A DNA stretch of 63,397 bases, the filler included, from Craspedostauros australis (taxonomy: Eukaryota), in assembly GCA_030167865.1 (NCBI GenBank). It is 8 parts of 8 records of this genome, joined end to end, with 100 filler letters (N's around TTAATTAATTAA, not from the genome) between each part and the next. Parts side by side here need not be neighbours in the genome. Positions count along the whole stretch, not along the records: positions 1 to 17,538 come from JALAGF010003268.1; 7 more parts are not named here. One strand, given 5' to 3'. Under the pieces are notes generated by a model that saw only the letters and a program-made list of their open reading frames with translations, did not search any database and was not told the origin of the DNA. Numbering within the stretch: the stretch's first letter is position 1; each line of letters begins with the position of its first letter. The translations under genes were made by a program, and so were the position numbers. This document shows positions 1-13,378 of the stretch, one piece after another.

Positions 1-870
1 TGTGAATGGAAACAACAAGTGGAGAGGAAGGAACTTCCTGTTGTCATAGTCTTCCACCGAGGAAGGCTACTCAACAGCATAGATAAGGCTAGACAGTATT
101 GATGACGTCATTGTATGATTAATTTGATTATTTCAGTCCCTCCAAGATCCAACGCGAACGCGAACATTTGGGGAGAGCTCCCCACTGGTTGTCACCACGA
201 CAGGTTCCAGGGGTGGCTTCATTTTACATGCGATATCTCCCTAATGGCGCAAGAACGAAACATGACATGCTCGGGATGCCGTGGACTCGACTCAAAAGGT
301 ATCTTGTGGAGTTCGTGATTCAAAGGTACATATATAGTGTCTGAAAGACGTTGAAGCAAAAAGCTGCGTTGAAATAGTAAAATGGCTTTGAATGTGGAAG
401 AAAACGAATGAAGAAAACAAAACTGGGAGCACAGGCACCACAACTTCTGTGGTTGCATTGAACGGAACATCAACCCTGGTGTTGTTGGAATGATGTGGGC
501 GATGGGAATCAAGAGAGTGTGCATGATGCGAGCGTGACGCCCGCAGAGTGGATCGTCCAGTGATGCATTCCTGAATGCGGAAGTGCGATCATGAGTACGA
601 GTACGAGTACAAGCAGGTTTGTGCGTGGGGTGTTGTGGTTGACGCAGTTCTCTATTCGTCGTTCTTACATGTCTAAGTACACTTGTAGTTTTGGTACAGT
701 GCACGTTGCTTGTTCTATGTGTCCCATTTTCCCCCTCAAACTGTCCCTGTAATGGTACAGGGTGCTGTACGTGCGTTATGTGGTCGAACATACGAGTGGG
801 CTGATCGGTGGCATCGCTTCGCATGCGACCAATCACTGGGGCTGATTCGTGATGTCATGGATCGGCGGAA

Positions 871-1518
871 TTAAAGGACGGCCATCATGCGATCGACAGG
901 TATCATTCCCGAGCCGCCATCACCCAACTCTGCGAAGAGCACTTCCACATCATCCGATGTGACTCGGTTTTGCAGCTCGATGTTGCAGATGACGCGGTTC
1001 AATCCTTCCACGCCGATCTGTGTGTTGGAATTGGAGACAGTTGCGGCCTTGAGGACGTCCTTCTTGAAGCGCGATGGAATCGTTTGCGTGTAACTGTTGC
1101 CGATGGTGACGCAGAGCAGATGAATAACGTGGAATGGAGGAAGGGACACGTTGTGTGAGCGCGACTGTGAGTTTGACTGCGAGCATCAGGGAAAGAGGAA
1201 TTCAGTTTGGGCGGAGCAAGGATGAATCGCAGCAGGCAAACCAACAGGCTGGTGCATGCCGGCTCACCCTTCTTCCTTCTTGCTTGGTTGGCCGATTGAA
1301 TGAGTGCATTCCTGCATTACCACGTTCGTGCGCGTGATCGGGGGCACTTACTTTTGACATCTGTACTCCTCGAGGGCATCTCGAAGACGCAGGAGCGCCG
1401 CATTGCCGTTGGTGGACAGCTCTCTCTTTTGGGCGGCTGCCATGTGAGAGCCCATTGTGGTCATGGTTTGGCGGCGTGCGGATGCCATGAATGCTGCTTT
1501 CATCAGTTGACTTGTCAT
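871..1518 (-). CDS. Small (~129 aa) uncharacterised protein with mitochondrial-type presequence, paralog A; exons 1518-1352 and 1093-871
   Basis: Exon 1 MTSQLMKAAFMASARRQ...LRDALEEYRCQ ends at an AA|GTAAGT donor. Acceptor AACAG|T restores N-YTQTIPSRFKKD...LFAELG...IPVDRMM. Clear homologue at 8499-9305 has the same intron position and phase. Confidence 0.8.
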
Positions 1519-3323
1519 TTTGTTGGGCTGTATAGTAGAGTATTGGTATTTGGCGTTGGTTCGGTAGGATGTGGTTGGTTCCTTTGCTTTGCTTCGGTTT
1601 TGTTGGTTTGTTGCTTCGTTTCTTTGGTGCCTGTGGGTGTGGAGTTGCTTGTTTGAGTTGCTTGTTTGAGTTGCTTGTGGATTGATTTTGTGAGTGTCTG
1701 ATGACCAAGAGGTCGCCTGTGTTCCAGAGTTTCGCGTTGCGCTGTTTGCCACAGGAGAGCAGGTATTTGTTCCTCGTTTTGTCGCCGTGTTGGCGAGAGA
1801 GCGAGTCGGGAGTGGTTGATTGATCGGCTTTGCGGGTGTCATCACCAGTTGACGTGCACTGTTCGTGATCTGTTCGTGTGTCGGAATGTGTTCTCACACA
1901 CGACATCGAGTCCGAATGGAATTGAGAAAACTGCATGGGCCAACCAAAAACAAGTGAGCAGGCAAAACTTCGTGAGAAGTCCATGGAGTTTCCGATCCAC
2001 GTCGCCGCTGGCACAGTTGTCACAATTGGCGTGATGGGTGTCACCCAATGGTTTCGGCGCTGACATGGCGGACATCACCATACGTGTCGCCCAATCGTGC
2101 ACAACGGACTCCCCTGTGTCAGTCGACGAGGAGAGAAGAAACACTTCGCCAACGGTCCGTTCTCCCTTGGCTTTCGTCGCTCTTTGCATGTCTTGCGACA
2201 GGGGGAAAGTGTTCGGTGGTTTCCACGCGAGAAAGAAAGACGGAGAAGGGTATCGGCAAGCATCCTTGAAGCATCACCACCACCTGTTGACGATGATGAC
2301 AAAACCATCCCTGAGAGTGGCGTGGCCGTGTTTCATTCTACTACTATTCCTCCAGCAAGAATCAGCGTCGCCAAGAACATGCGGAGTTGGCACTCAACTC
2401 CGTTAGAGCTGTCTGAGGCGATGACAACCTTGCGGCGTTCATTGGCGTTGGAGGATCTTGCGAGCAATTGTCTTGCGAAAGTCACATCCTGAGACATGCA
2501 CAGAGTCTCTTTCCCCATACGTCTGTTCATACTACGAGCACTGCGTCCTGTCCAGACTCTCCACCCCTTCGATCGAGGTCAAGATCTGTCGGAATCCTCC
2601 TACGCCCAAGAAAAGTAGTCGTATTGCATCATGGTGCGGATTGGCCACTTGCGCGCGCGAGAGAGAGAGAGAGAGAGAGAAAGCATGGCTGTGCTGTGCC
2701 ATCATGGAGGAGGTGACAGGCCGACCATCGCACCCTGGCCCAAGGTTCCCTGCGATTTTTTCAGTCTGCGTTGCGGTCATCGCTATCGCCATCGCCAACA
2801 CTGGCAGCAACATGACCAATCCCGACGCTTTGGGCTTCGGCATTCTCAGGGCTCTCCGACGGACCTCGATTCGTATTGTTCGCGGCAAGGATCGCCTCCT
2901 CCCTTGCCTCCGCTTGGTCTCATGAACTGCGCCTGTGCTGCGTCTGTCCTGCTGGATGGTTTCGAGGCAAAATGAATGTGACTATGATGATGCAGGCGAC
3001 CGTCGCTCAGACTGTGCGAACATTGATGCCCACGTCCGCCACAACTTTAAACGCATTGCACGTACGAGCACTGTGGTTCATGCAAGTCGCCTAAGCGATG
3101 TCGCGTTCAAGCATGCATCTGCAAGCATGCATGCAATCATCCGGAATGTTCAGCCTCTGTGTGGAGAGTGCTGTTTGGCCATTGTGCACCATACGCGTAT
3201 GATGTCATTTGTACACGTGCTGTCTAGTACATCTCGTATCCTTCCAAGTATGACGTCCTACTGTCCACTTAGTTGTACTCGTACGAGCTACAATAGGTAA
3301 TCACCTCATCATCATCATCATCA

Positions 3324-5506
3324 TCACATTCCACCTGAAGAAGCCATGACATCCGAGATGGTCGGCTTCCTCGAGGTGACTTCGGCAAGAGATGTGGGAC
3401 GTCGTTTGCGCAGACTGCGATCCGCCTGTTTGGCAACGGTTGCAGTGCCCTCCTGGTTGGTTTCCTCTGTTGTCTCCGGCGTCTTGCTGCCCATCTTCGA
3501 AGACCAGAGCTTCGACCCAAGCCTTGCCATACCACGTTGCATGACGTACGGTGCGCTTGCCTGGAAGATGTCAAAGTCTGGATCCCCGGTCAGCGCGATG
3601 CCCTCGAGCAGACCAAGCCCTCGCGTCACGAGGCTGAAGAACGGCGGCACTTCGAAAGGGTAGTCGAAGAACAGCTGGTTCAGCTCGTTGGAAATGTCCA
3701 TCAGGGTCGCCTTGCGCCGATGGAGGTCGGCTCCGACGGAGGCGTCCACGAGACCGCTGTTGAGGATCTTGAGCAGCACAGGTCGGAGCTTCTCCGTGTC
3801 GTAGTCATGCGGCAAGAAGCCGAGGCCCTTGATGTCCTCGGCAATCAAGGATTCAAAGTCGCGCTGCAGCAAGTGCACCATCGCCTTCAGTATCGCCCTG
3901 CGCTCCTCCTTTTCCACCTCGGCGACCAAGCCGAAATCCAGCAAGCATAGCCTCGTGTTCGGCTTGGATCCTTTGCTGGTCATTCGTCCAAACCAACCTT
4001 TCTCCGTGTTTCCGTCGGATGGTTCATCGGTCACCACGAGCAGATTGCCCGGATGCGGATCGGCATGGAACTTGCCAAGCTCGAGGAGCTGGATCAAGAA
4101 CAGCTCGACTCCCAACGGGATGAGCTGTCGGATCTGCTCCGGTGGGGCATCGGCAAGCTTGCTGCCATTGACCCAGTCCGATACCAAGATCCTTTCCGTC
4201 GTTAGATCACAGTGCACGTTGGGGACGTGGACGGTGCCGCCTGTCAACGAGTCCAACTCCCTCTGAAATTCCATCTGATTCCGCGCCTCAGCCTCGTAGT
4301 CAAGCTCCTGGTACGACCCACGCGCAAATGCTGTCAAGAATGCCTGGTTGAAGGGGCGTTGCTTGGAGATTAGCGTCGTGACGTGGTCCAACAATCTGCC
4401 GTACTGGCGCAGCAAGAAGAGATCGAGGCTGAACGATTTGCGCATTTCCGGTCGCTGCACTTTGATCGCCACCGTCTGTCCCGTGGACTTGATTTTGCCA
4501 CGATACACTTGTCCCAAGCTTGCGGAAGCCACCAATTCGAGCTCTCCCTTTCCTTGCTGCTGATCGTGTGATGCGCCATCACTGTTGCTGCTGCTGTTAT
4601 TTTCCCTGCCGTCCTTGTCATGAATACTGTCATCCGCAGCGACGAATACGTCATCCAGATTGCTGACACCAAGCTCCGCTCGAATCACGTCCATCGCGAC
4701 GTCGTCTGGGATGGGCCGCACAGAATCGCAGAGCTTCTGCAGTTCCTTCAGCACATGCGGCGGCACAAGGTCGGGACGGATTGAAATTTGCTGACCCAGC
4801 TTGACGAAGGCTGGTCCCAGATCCGTCAAGGCCTCTCTGAGCTGGATGGCGGACTTTCGTTGCTTCGCCACTCTGGCCTGCTCCTTTTCATCGTCATTGC
4901 CATGGTTGGCGTCTGCTTTATTGCTGTTGCTTGCATTCGCAGCAGCTTTCAATTGCTTCCGTTGGCGTCTCTCCCACAGGTAACTGGCGATGATGGGCCC
5001 GAGCTCCGAAACGATCTTGGCAACACGCACCGCAATTGAGATCTTTCGTTTTGACCAGTATGAGTCGATCTGTTCGGCATCGTACATGCGAGGCAGCAGG
5101 ATGCCATCATCGTTTGCACGAAGGAGCTGTGTTTCATTTCGATCCAATGTGTCTGCGTATGATAGATGGGATGACGCGGTGATTGATGGATTCATGTTCG
5201 GGTTGTGACAGATTGTGAGAGTGGCAACTTCGGCAGGTATCCACGGTATGAGGACGCACTGGTGATCGAAGAGGATACGCAGCGCTACATGTGAAGCACC
5301 ATGACTACCACCTGTCTTCCTGACGACTCACCTGCCGTGGTTTGCGCACGAGACAGTCGCTGTTGCTCTTGCTGCTGCGATTCGAGCAGATTGGCATTAT
5401 ATTCCTCAATCGTTGCGCCCACCGTGGCAACACCAAGCGCGGCTGTTCCTATGGAAAGGAACGGCCTGCGCTTCACCACATGCCGGACAGCCAAGAGTCC
5501 ATTCAT
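3324..5506 (-). CDS. ABC1/UbiB/ADCK atypical protein kinase; probable exons 5506-5332 and 5227-3324
   Basis: ABC1 motifs LGPAFVKLGQ, ASASLGQVY, VAIKVQRP, ELDYEAEARNQ, FHADPHPGN and LLDFGL. The upstream exon MNGLLAVRHVVKRRPFL... ends G|GTGAGT and joins in frame at an AAG acceptor (5228-5230); this 5' exon is less certain. Confidence 0.92.
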
Positions 5507-6114
5507 GATATCAGTTCACCGTTCGACCTGCCCTCGCTCTCTCTCTCGTTTGTGTCCCCTGTGTTACGTTGTTCGCAGGACCTTGTGACATGTAACATCC
5601 GACTACTCTTCCAAACACACAGTATAGTAGGTACACTGTGCCGAAACGTTCGATCATGTGGCGACCCGTTTACTGCGTCATCGTTTTTGTTCTTTCGCTT
5701 TTGTGTGGGGCAGAACGAATGATGTGGAAAAACTGATGTTGCGTCATGCGGTCGTGTGAGTCAATGGTTGAAAACTGGTGTTGGTCGAATTAGTCGATGT
5801 GGTCGATGGTATCCCATTCGTCACAGCGACAGGAACAACAACAACCGCAACAACAGAGGTGTGTGTTTCTGTGTGACGATGGCCAACAGCAACGGCCGAA
5901 GGACGCGATCCTCGCAGTTCCATCGTTGCTCGATGCGCGTTGGCGCTCTGCCATCACCACCACCACCACCAGCGACACCAAGATCAACAACAACTACATC
6001 CGACAAGGAAGGCTTCGCTGGTTGTTCAGCGATTGTTCTTACCAACGAAAGGAGAAAGAAAGACGGTGCATCAGCCTCTGCTCCCACCCAGCATCAGAAG
6101 AGGAACTTGACACG

Positions 6115-7296
6115 ATGGTGAAAGGACTGATCGATTCCTTCCGTACCTCCCTGAAGTACAGAGGAGGATGGCGCAAGCTGCTTCAGCACATGTACGCCGT
6201 AAGTGCTTTCCAGTTGCTATCATGCTGATCTCATCATGCCTGTGCCACTGGTCTTGGACGCTGTGGCGAGAATTGCAGCATTGACTTGCGCTCATACGGT
6301 TGACCCTTTTCATTCCGAGTACTTTGACCATCCTGGATTTTGGGCCAAGCGTCTCGACTGGTGCTCGCAACCATACGCCAAGATGGATGATCTGCGAAGG
6401 TGCTCCGTCGTGCACTCGCCTCTGCTCTCCAGACAGAGTATACTCCACGGATGTCCACGAGGACGCCTGGTGTCTGGTGCTGCATTCTTTCAACAGCTCC
6501 ACTCTGACTCGTTTCTGTCTCTGATATCTCTCTTTTTGCCTCCATACTTGTTTACTCCATTCGTGTACTCGCCAACCCATGAATGCACGCACCCCCATGT
6601 GCCAACTTGATGGGACCTATTATACTTCACTCCATCATTCTATCGCCATAGAATGGAGACTACCCTTTCAAGGTGGGTACGTTCATCGGTGCTGATGACT
6701 TCGGCAACCGCTACTACGAGAATCGCGTGGACTATCCCTTCGGACAGCACAGATGGGTGGAGCCGGCGGACATTCACAACTTCGACTCCACCCACGTCCC
6801 CCCGGACTGGCACGGCTGGATGATGCACATGCACGACGAGCCGCCGCACCAAGAGGAGGAGCAGTTCAACCGCCTCAAGCAGAACATCGACCCCAGCGCA
6901 CCTTCGGATGCCCCGTACGACCACAACATCGGTTACCAAAACGAGGTCTTCAACTTCAACGGCATGCACAACCAATCACAGATTCGCTCCCGCGGATACG
7001 GAATCGGCAACTCCATCGTGGGCCTGCCCGCGAACGCCCCAGATGCCTACTACACCCAACCGGGATCGCCTTACAACCCGGCCTTCATCCGAAAGTTTGA
7101 ATACAAGGGTGATTTGGACGAGGCCACTGGCGGCGGCCGTCCGTACAAGAACGATGTCTGGAAGAAGCGACTGATGACGGCGGCGGAGAAGGAGGAGATT
7201 GAGAACCCGTCGGACACCGTCGACAGCTCTCACGCGATGCTCACGCCACGAGAGGAGGCCATCCTTGCTCGTGGAGGAACCCTCCCAAAGAAATGA
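6115..7296 (+). CDS. NDUFA12: NADH:ubiquinone oxidoreductase (complex I) subunit NDUFA12/B17.2; exons 6115-6198 and 6652-7296
   Basis: Family motifs GTFIGADDFGNRYYE, GQHRWVE, VPPDWHGWM. The GTAAGT...ATAG phase-0 intron joins the exons in frame. Confidence 0.92.
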
Positions 7297-8498
7297 AGCA
7301 CGCCACACCATTGTTCTGTCGCCACGACAGGCGAACTGAACGCAATGGCGGTTCAAGTAGAAGAACGTCTTCTATGCACACGCACTGATAAGATAAACGG
7401 AGCAAGGTACCCACTCCACTAGTAGACCAGCGCTCATATCGACAAGTCAGATCCCCTCGGCTCCGCAGCATTTGACACCGCATAAACAGACAACCACGGA
7501 AGAGGACTCTGAAAGATTCTCTGCCACACATATGATATTGTATTACAGGTAGTCATAAGAGCGAAACATCAACAGTCAAGCAGATCACCGTGCCGCTATA
7601 CCGATGTCCTGGAGTCCTCGTTCTCTGCGCAGTAAGAAATCGGAACAACCCAGAAGTGTACGAGTACTCATAGAGACCATGGTATGGCACGACTAAAGAA
7701 CTGTGTGCAGAAGACGAGTAGTGCGATGTGATAAAACCGCAGAGATTGATGTGCCGCGTCTCCATCTTTCATGATATTTCTCTCTTTACTTAGTGCTAAT
7801 AATGCTATTAGTAAAGATACTCTGCACATGATGGTGCAGGATGGCGGTTGCGAATTGTCTGGTGCCTGTCGCGAAAGCAACAAGCGTGACTCTTGAGGTA
7901 AACCTCGATGAGAGTACCGAGTTGAGTCCGGACATGAACGCATGTACCGGTGCGGATCGTGGGTAAGTATGTTATGTATGTAGAGCAAGAGTGCTCGTAC
8001 TCGTGTTTGTATGGTGTGCGTGTGCGCGATTTCACGTCTCATGAAGTTGACGTATCGTCTTGTGTTGAGATCAGATCAGATCACGGAGGCACACACGCTC
8101 GACATTTGGCCTTCGATGCTGAGCACCTTGAGATCATGCGGTAGAGCATGATGATTGGAGCCATCGGCTACTTTGTGAAGTCGCGTAGGGAGGATGCCAA
8201 CAGTTATGGAGTATGGAGTTTGAGGCATGCACATTCCGAGCATCCGATCTGATGGATCGGTAGCCAAGAAAGGCCTCTCATTGGACATGGATTGGTATTG
8301 CTACCTCTTGCTGTTGCATAATAGTTGCTTGTGCTCTCGTTTGCTTTGTACTGTGTGCGTGTGCATAGATCCGCGCACTCCTTGATTTGAGTGTATCTCG
8401 TGGCTGTCGGTGAGCATCGATGTACTCCTATCGTGCTATATTGATGTGTATTGTATTCATGGATTGATTGGGTGGAAGGATGCATGGATCCCTCTTCT

Positions 8499-9305
8499 TC
8501 AGAGGATCTCCATCATCACATCGACGGGGATGGCCCCAGTACCTTCGCCGAGCTCAGCGAACAGCACGTCGACATCTTGAGCAGACACCTTGTCTTGGAG
8601 GTTGATGTTCTCCAGCACCTGGTTCAATCCATGGGTGACGACAACGCTGCTGGCCACAGTGCCAGCCGAAAACGTCTGGGCTGCGATGACGATATCCTTC
8701 TTGAAACGGGACGGGAGCTCCCTGCTGTAGCTGTTGATCGTGCGTTGGTAGAGTAGAAGAGTCGAGCAGAGTAGTTGGTTCCGCGCCATTGCGCCACAAG
8801 CAAACGCAAAGCGGAAACAAGCATGTGCGATCAATACGATGCGGTCAGGTTCGATGGCGCAGGGATGAGACATGGATGACACAGCGAACGAGTTGTCAAG
8901 AAAGAGAAACGATGAGAACTACAGTCTGACCCGGTGGTCAATGTTGTATTGCATGGTGCATCGCGATTCAATTGTACTCGAACGGCAACATGCAGATGGT
9001 AGCACGTGTGGGCGAGATTGAAGCTCAACGACATCAATGGCAGATGCGGCATTCTCCCATAGCCAGACGGACTTGATACGCAGTGAGAGGAGACGAGATG
9101 CAACATTCTGATCATGCCATGTCGACACCGAGACTTACTTTGCTGATCGATACTCCTCCAGTGCGTCCTGCAAACGCCTTAGCACGAGCGATCCTTGGCT
9201 GGTTGATTGGAACCGTAGCGGCGTAATTTGCGGAAGCTTGGATCGAATTGTCGAACGAGATGTGCTTGTGGCAGAGCGGAGCAACGATGGGAGAAACATG
9301 GTCAT
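8499..9305 (-). CDS. Small (~132 aa) uncharacterised protein with mitochondrial-type presequence, paralog B; exons 9305-9139 and 8730-8499
   Basis: MTMFLPSLLRSATSTSRSTIRSK...LRRLQDALEEYRSA, then AA|GTAAGT...AACAG|C, then YSRELPSRFKKDIV...LFAELGEGTGAIPVDVMMEIL. Homologous to 871-1518. Confidence 0.8.
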
Positions 9306-11150
9306 GGTCGTGATGAATAATTGGGTGGGTGATGCGGTGGCGCGGTGATGTTTTGTTGGAGGACGCGTGGCTTGGACGAGCGATGTTCAATGGTATTACA
9401 CGATGCAATGGGAGAGATGATTGATTTTGGGATCGTTGGCTGCTGTTGGCGAATTATGGCAATGTTGATCAGGGGTGGGCGCGTGGCCCAAATCTGTGAC
9501 TGGTGCACCGCGACACCTTCATTTCACTCATTGATCTGTATGGGTAACGCTCATCTCCGCACAAGGGACAAAAATTGAGGTTGCTCCCGATGGTCGCGGA
9601 GTGGTCAATCGAGATGAACGGGAACGGATGCTGGCCTCCGCACCCCTCCTGCTGAGAAACTCTCTGCCTCCAGGAGTGAGAAAATGCCATCATCGCGTGT
9701 GATGTTTGGGTTCCCACGTGGAAGGATCTTCATCCGAGCGCCTCACAAAGCCCCTGTTTCGCTCATTGAGCTGGATCCATGCGAACATCACGGAATGTGA
9801 CGACGTGCGACGACACGCGCCGAAACTAGGAACCACCCTTGACAGCATCACCAACATGCGTCATGGGTGAGAAGCATGGGCAAGAATGACAAAATGAGAG
9901 TTCGCCGTACGTCAACAGATTGCGTGCCCCAGACTCAGCTCCAGAACATCATCTGCTGGTCAGGCAGCCGTGCTCCCTCTCTTTCTCTTTCTCTTGGAAT
10001 TCTTCAATGATTCTTCGATGACGACCCCATCCACCAGAGAGGTCGTGCCGTCAGCATGCGACCAAAACCAACCAACCCTCTTGTCATAGCCGCAGAGTCA
10101 CGGTCACATCAATGGTGCTCTTTCCTTTTCTGAGCCAGGTCAGAGTTGATTGTGTCATCATGTGAGGAGACTTCGGCTGCGCCCGTGCGTTCTCGCTATC
10201 GTGGTTGGTGTGAGCGCAGGTTGGACGCACCTTGGTAATGTTGGTCGAGAGACAAACCATTTCGGACAGAATCACGGTTGTTGATGCGTGACGTCATGTT
10301 GGCATCAACTTCAGTCGTGTCACCAATGTCATTCATGAGCATTTCTGCATTCCGGAGAGTCGGAAGATCATGTTTAGATCCATCGAGTCGAAAACTGCCA
10401 GCCATCCTCGTTCTTCTTCGAATCCATGTCTCCGTCGTTTTGATTGGATAGCGAACATGTTCTCCCTATCATGTGTGCCGAATCGAACATGCAAAATGCG
10501 AAGAAGGCCGAACCAGCTGCGCGGAATACCATTGGCTGACAAGGAGCAACAAGTCTGTGGCAGCTGCGCCAGCGCGTCGTATCGGTGGTTGTCGTTGTGG
10601 GTTTCTCTGTGCTCTGGGAATGGGATCGTGGTGGATGTGCAGATCGGGACACATCAACACCACTGCCTCTCTCGGTCTCCAACAACGCAACTGACGACGC
10701 CGGCAACATCTACGGCTCAGAGGACCACCCCGAGACTGATCGCAGACATCAAACGATCATTCAAGCCATCAGCATTGGGATCCACAACGGCATCAACCAC
10801 AACCTCAAGAGGACCCATCATTGTCCAAAGAGATAGAAAAAAGGGACAGCAAACCAAGAGGGAGGAAAGAAGCAAGAAGAGGCAAGAGAGGCGACGAAAA
10901 TCGAAGGCCACCAGCTCAGCACCAAAGGAAAGAACACAAATCCGAAGAAACGAGAAAAAAGCGAACATCCGTCCGCAGCAGCAGCACCACCAACAGGCAG
11001 CCGCTTTGCGAAAGATCACAGCCACAACCAAAATCAACACCGCACCGAACCAGCATCAACACAACCAGGACGGTTCCTCAAAGCGTCAACTAGGAGCATA
11101 GAACGACGAGCAAGAGCACTGTTCCGCTCAATATCAATCAGCGATCCATC

Positions 11151-13378
11151 ATGAGCCTTTCAATCACATTCTCCCGAACCGCGCTGGTAAGTTGAAATGC
11201 CAACCTCGCACTGTGCACGTTGACGAGCTTGCGCTGCAATGACCCTGCTGGTGGATGTTTGTGGCCTGGGCGAGTACACCTCGATTGGACCTTCGAACGT
11301 TCGGACCCCGGACGCCGACTGCATTTGAGAGCGTTTGAGTGGGCAACAGCGCGGCTCCATCAGTTGCTGTTGTCGCATCCAAGGGTCCTTCCAAATTTGC
11401 ACCACGGCAGTGCAAAAAGTGAAAGGCCACAATGTTGCAACGACACGGCAATGCGGCCATGATGACTCCTACCTGGAGGGTTGATGGCAAGAGCAACGAG
11501 ATGGGCACATATGCCGTTGCGCTTTTATCTGACACGTATATCATTCTTCTATTGCGCTTGCCTCAACGATGTTTCATCTCTCTATCTGCATCTTGGCTTG
11601 GTATGCATTTGGCGCAAACTGGCTGCGCAACCGCACAATAATTCTGCTCCACCGTCATCCCCCCGCTTGCGACGGCCAATTCCCTTCTCCTCCACAGTCT
11701 TTTGGCAGAAATACACGCAACCTGCGGGCAGCGAACATCACCTCGACAGCACCAATCGCATCAGCTGGCCATGCGCGATGCCTTTCATCTGATTCCGAGT
11801 CGTCGCTCAAGCAGGCTGCCACAAGCGCGACACCAACCACTGGCAGCAATCCCGAACGCATCAAGTATTTCAAGGTGTACCGATGGGATCCAGAGCAGGC
11901 ACAAAAGCCGTACGTCAGCACGTACCCAGTGGATTTGAACGGTATGTGCGCGCAACTGCAATTCAGAATGTGGTTCGTCTCTCCTACGCGCTGCGGGATT
12001 ACTACCAGCATCTCCTCGTGCAGGAGTTCGATGTCCGACTTATGTATCAACACAGGCGTGGCATTGCGAAAGTATATGCTCTGCTGCTGCTCGCACCGAG
12101 GAACCGGAAAGTTGCGGCAGCGATACACGAAAATAGCAAACACAATGCGCACCCTTGTGACCCATGACTGTGCCTTCCATCCCACCTGCACAAGCAAGCC
12201 GCTCCGACAGAGGATGACCGCAATCCCCACATGATGCTTTTTGATGTGCTGGCCTCATGCCAACTCTCTCAGCCTGCTCATCTCATCTCTCACGAGTATC
12301 GTTCGTTTTTCTTTCATTCTGTGTTCACCATCAACTCGGGCAACGATTTTCATGCTGATCCAAACATTCATTCTCCCAGACTGCGGCCCGATGGTTCTGG
12401 ATGCGCTGCTCAAAATCAAATCTGAGCAGGACCCCACCTTGACCTTCCGCCGATCGTGCCGCGAGGGGATCTGTGGATCGTGCGCCATGAACATCAACGG
12501 ATCCAACACGCTGGCCTGCTTGTCCTACATTGATGATGACACGAAGGCGGCGACCAAGGTGTACCCATTGCCACACATGTATGTCGTGAAGGATCTGGTT
12601 CCAGATCTTGGTAACTTTTACGAGCAGTACAGATCCATCGAGCCATGGCTGCAGCCGGAAGGGGACAAGGAAAAGGGACAGGCCGAGTACCTCCAAACCA
12701 AACAAGACCGATCCAAGCTTGACGGGATGTACGAATGCATTCTCTGCGCTTGCTGCTCGACTTCCTGCCCATCCTACTGGTGGAACTCTGACAAGTATTT
12801 GGGCCCAGCCGTTCTCATGCAAGGTACGAACAGGAAACGGAAAACACAACAACACTCGCGCACGGAACAGTCCCACCTGTTGCGAATGTCAACGTGAACC
12901 CAAACATGGATGCATTGATGACTGCGTACATGTACAAGGAACCGGGACGATGATGTGTGCTGGATGTTGTGGATAGCGATGCCTTTTATCGACCTGATCT
13001 ACGAGTACTCCACAGAATTGTGCCAGCATTTGCAATGCTGTTTGCGAAGAGTCAACGACATATCCTCTGTTCCACCCCCACGCGGCCTTATGCCTTTGTG
13101 TCACTTGTCCAAAAACAAACATACTCACCCGCCCCGGCTGCCTTCGCCGTCGTCGCCTTTGTGCTCTTGTTACCATTTTTGGGACTCCTCCTTCAGCCTA
13201 CCGTTGGATCGAGGATTCCCGTGACGGATCCACCAAGAAGCGATTGGAGGATCTGGACGATGCCTTCAAACTGTATCGCTGCCACACGATCATGAACTGC
13301 ACCAAGGTGTGCCCAAAGAACTTGAATCCTGGACGCGCCATCGCAAACATTAAGAAGAAGCTCGCGAGCGAGCATTGA
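11151..13378 (+). CDS. SDH2: Succinate dehydrogenase iron-sulfur subunit; exons 11151-11186, 11698-11941, 12380-12823, 13197-13378
   Basis: Motifs [76 protein letters not shown]. All introns are GT-AG and in frame. The N-terminus [19 protein letters not shown] is Arg/Ser-rich like a mitochondrial presequence. Confidence 0.97.

Noticed and set aside
1842..3300. Several overlapping short ORFs and a (GA)n tract
   Set aside because: No homology cues; treated as intergenic or UTR.
10370..11101. 243-aa Lys/Arg/Gln-rich ORF upstream of SDH2
   Set aside because: A/C-rich leader-like composition and no recognisable domain; probably promoter or 5' UTR.
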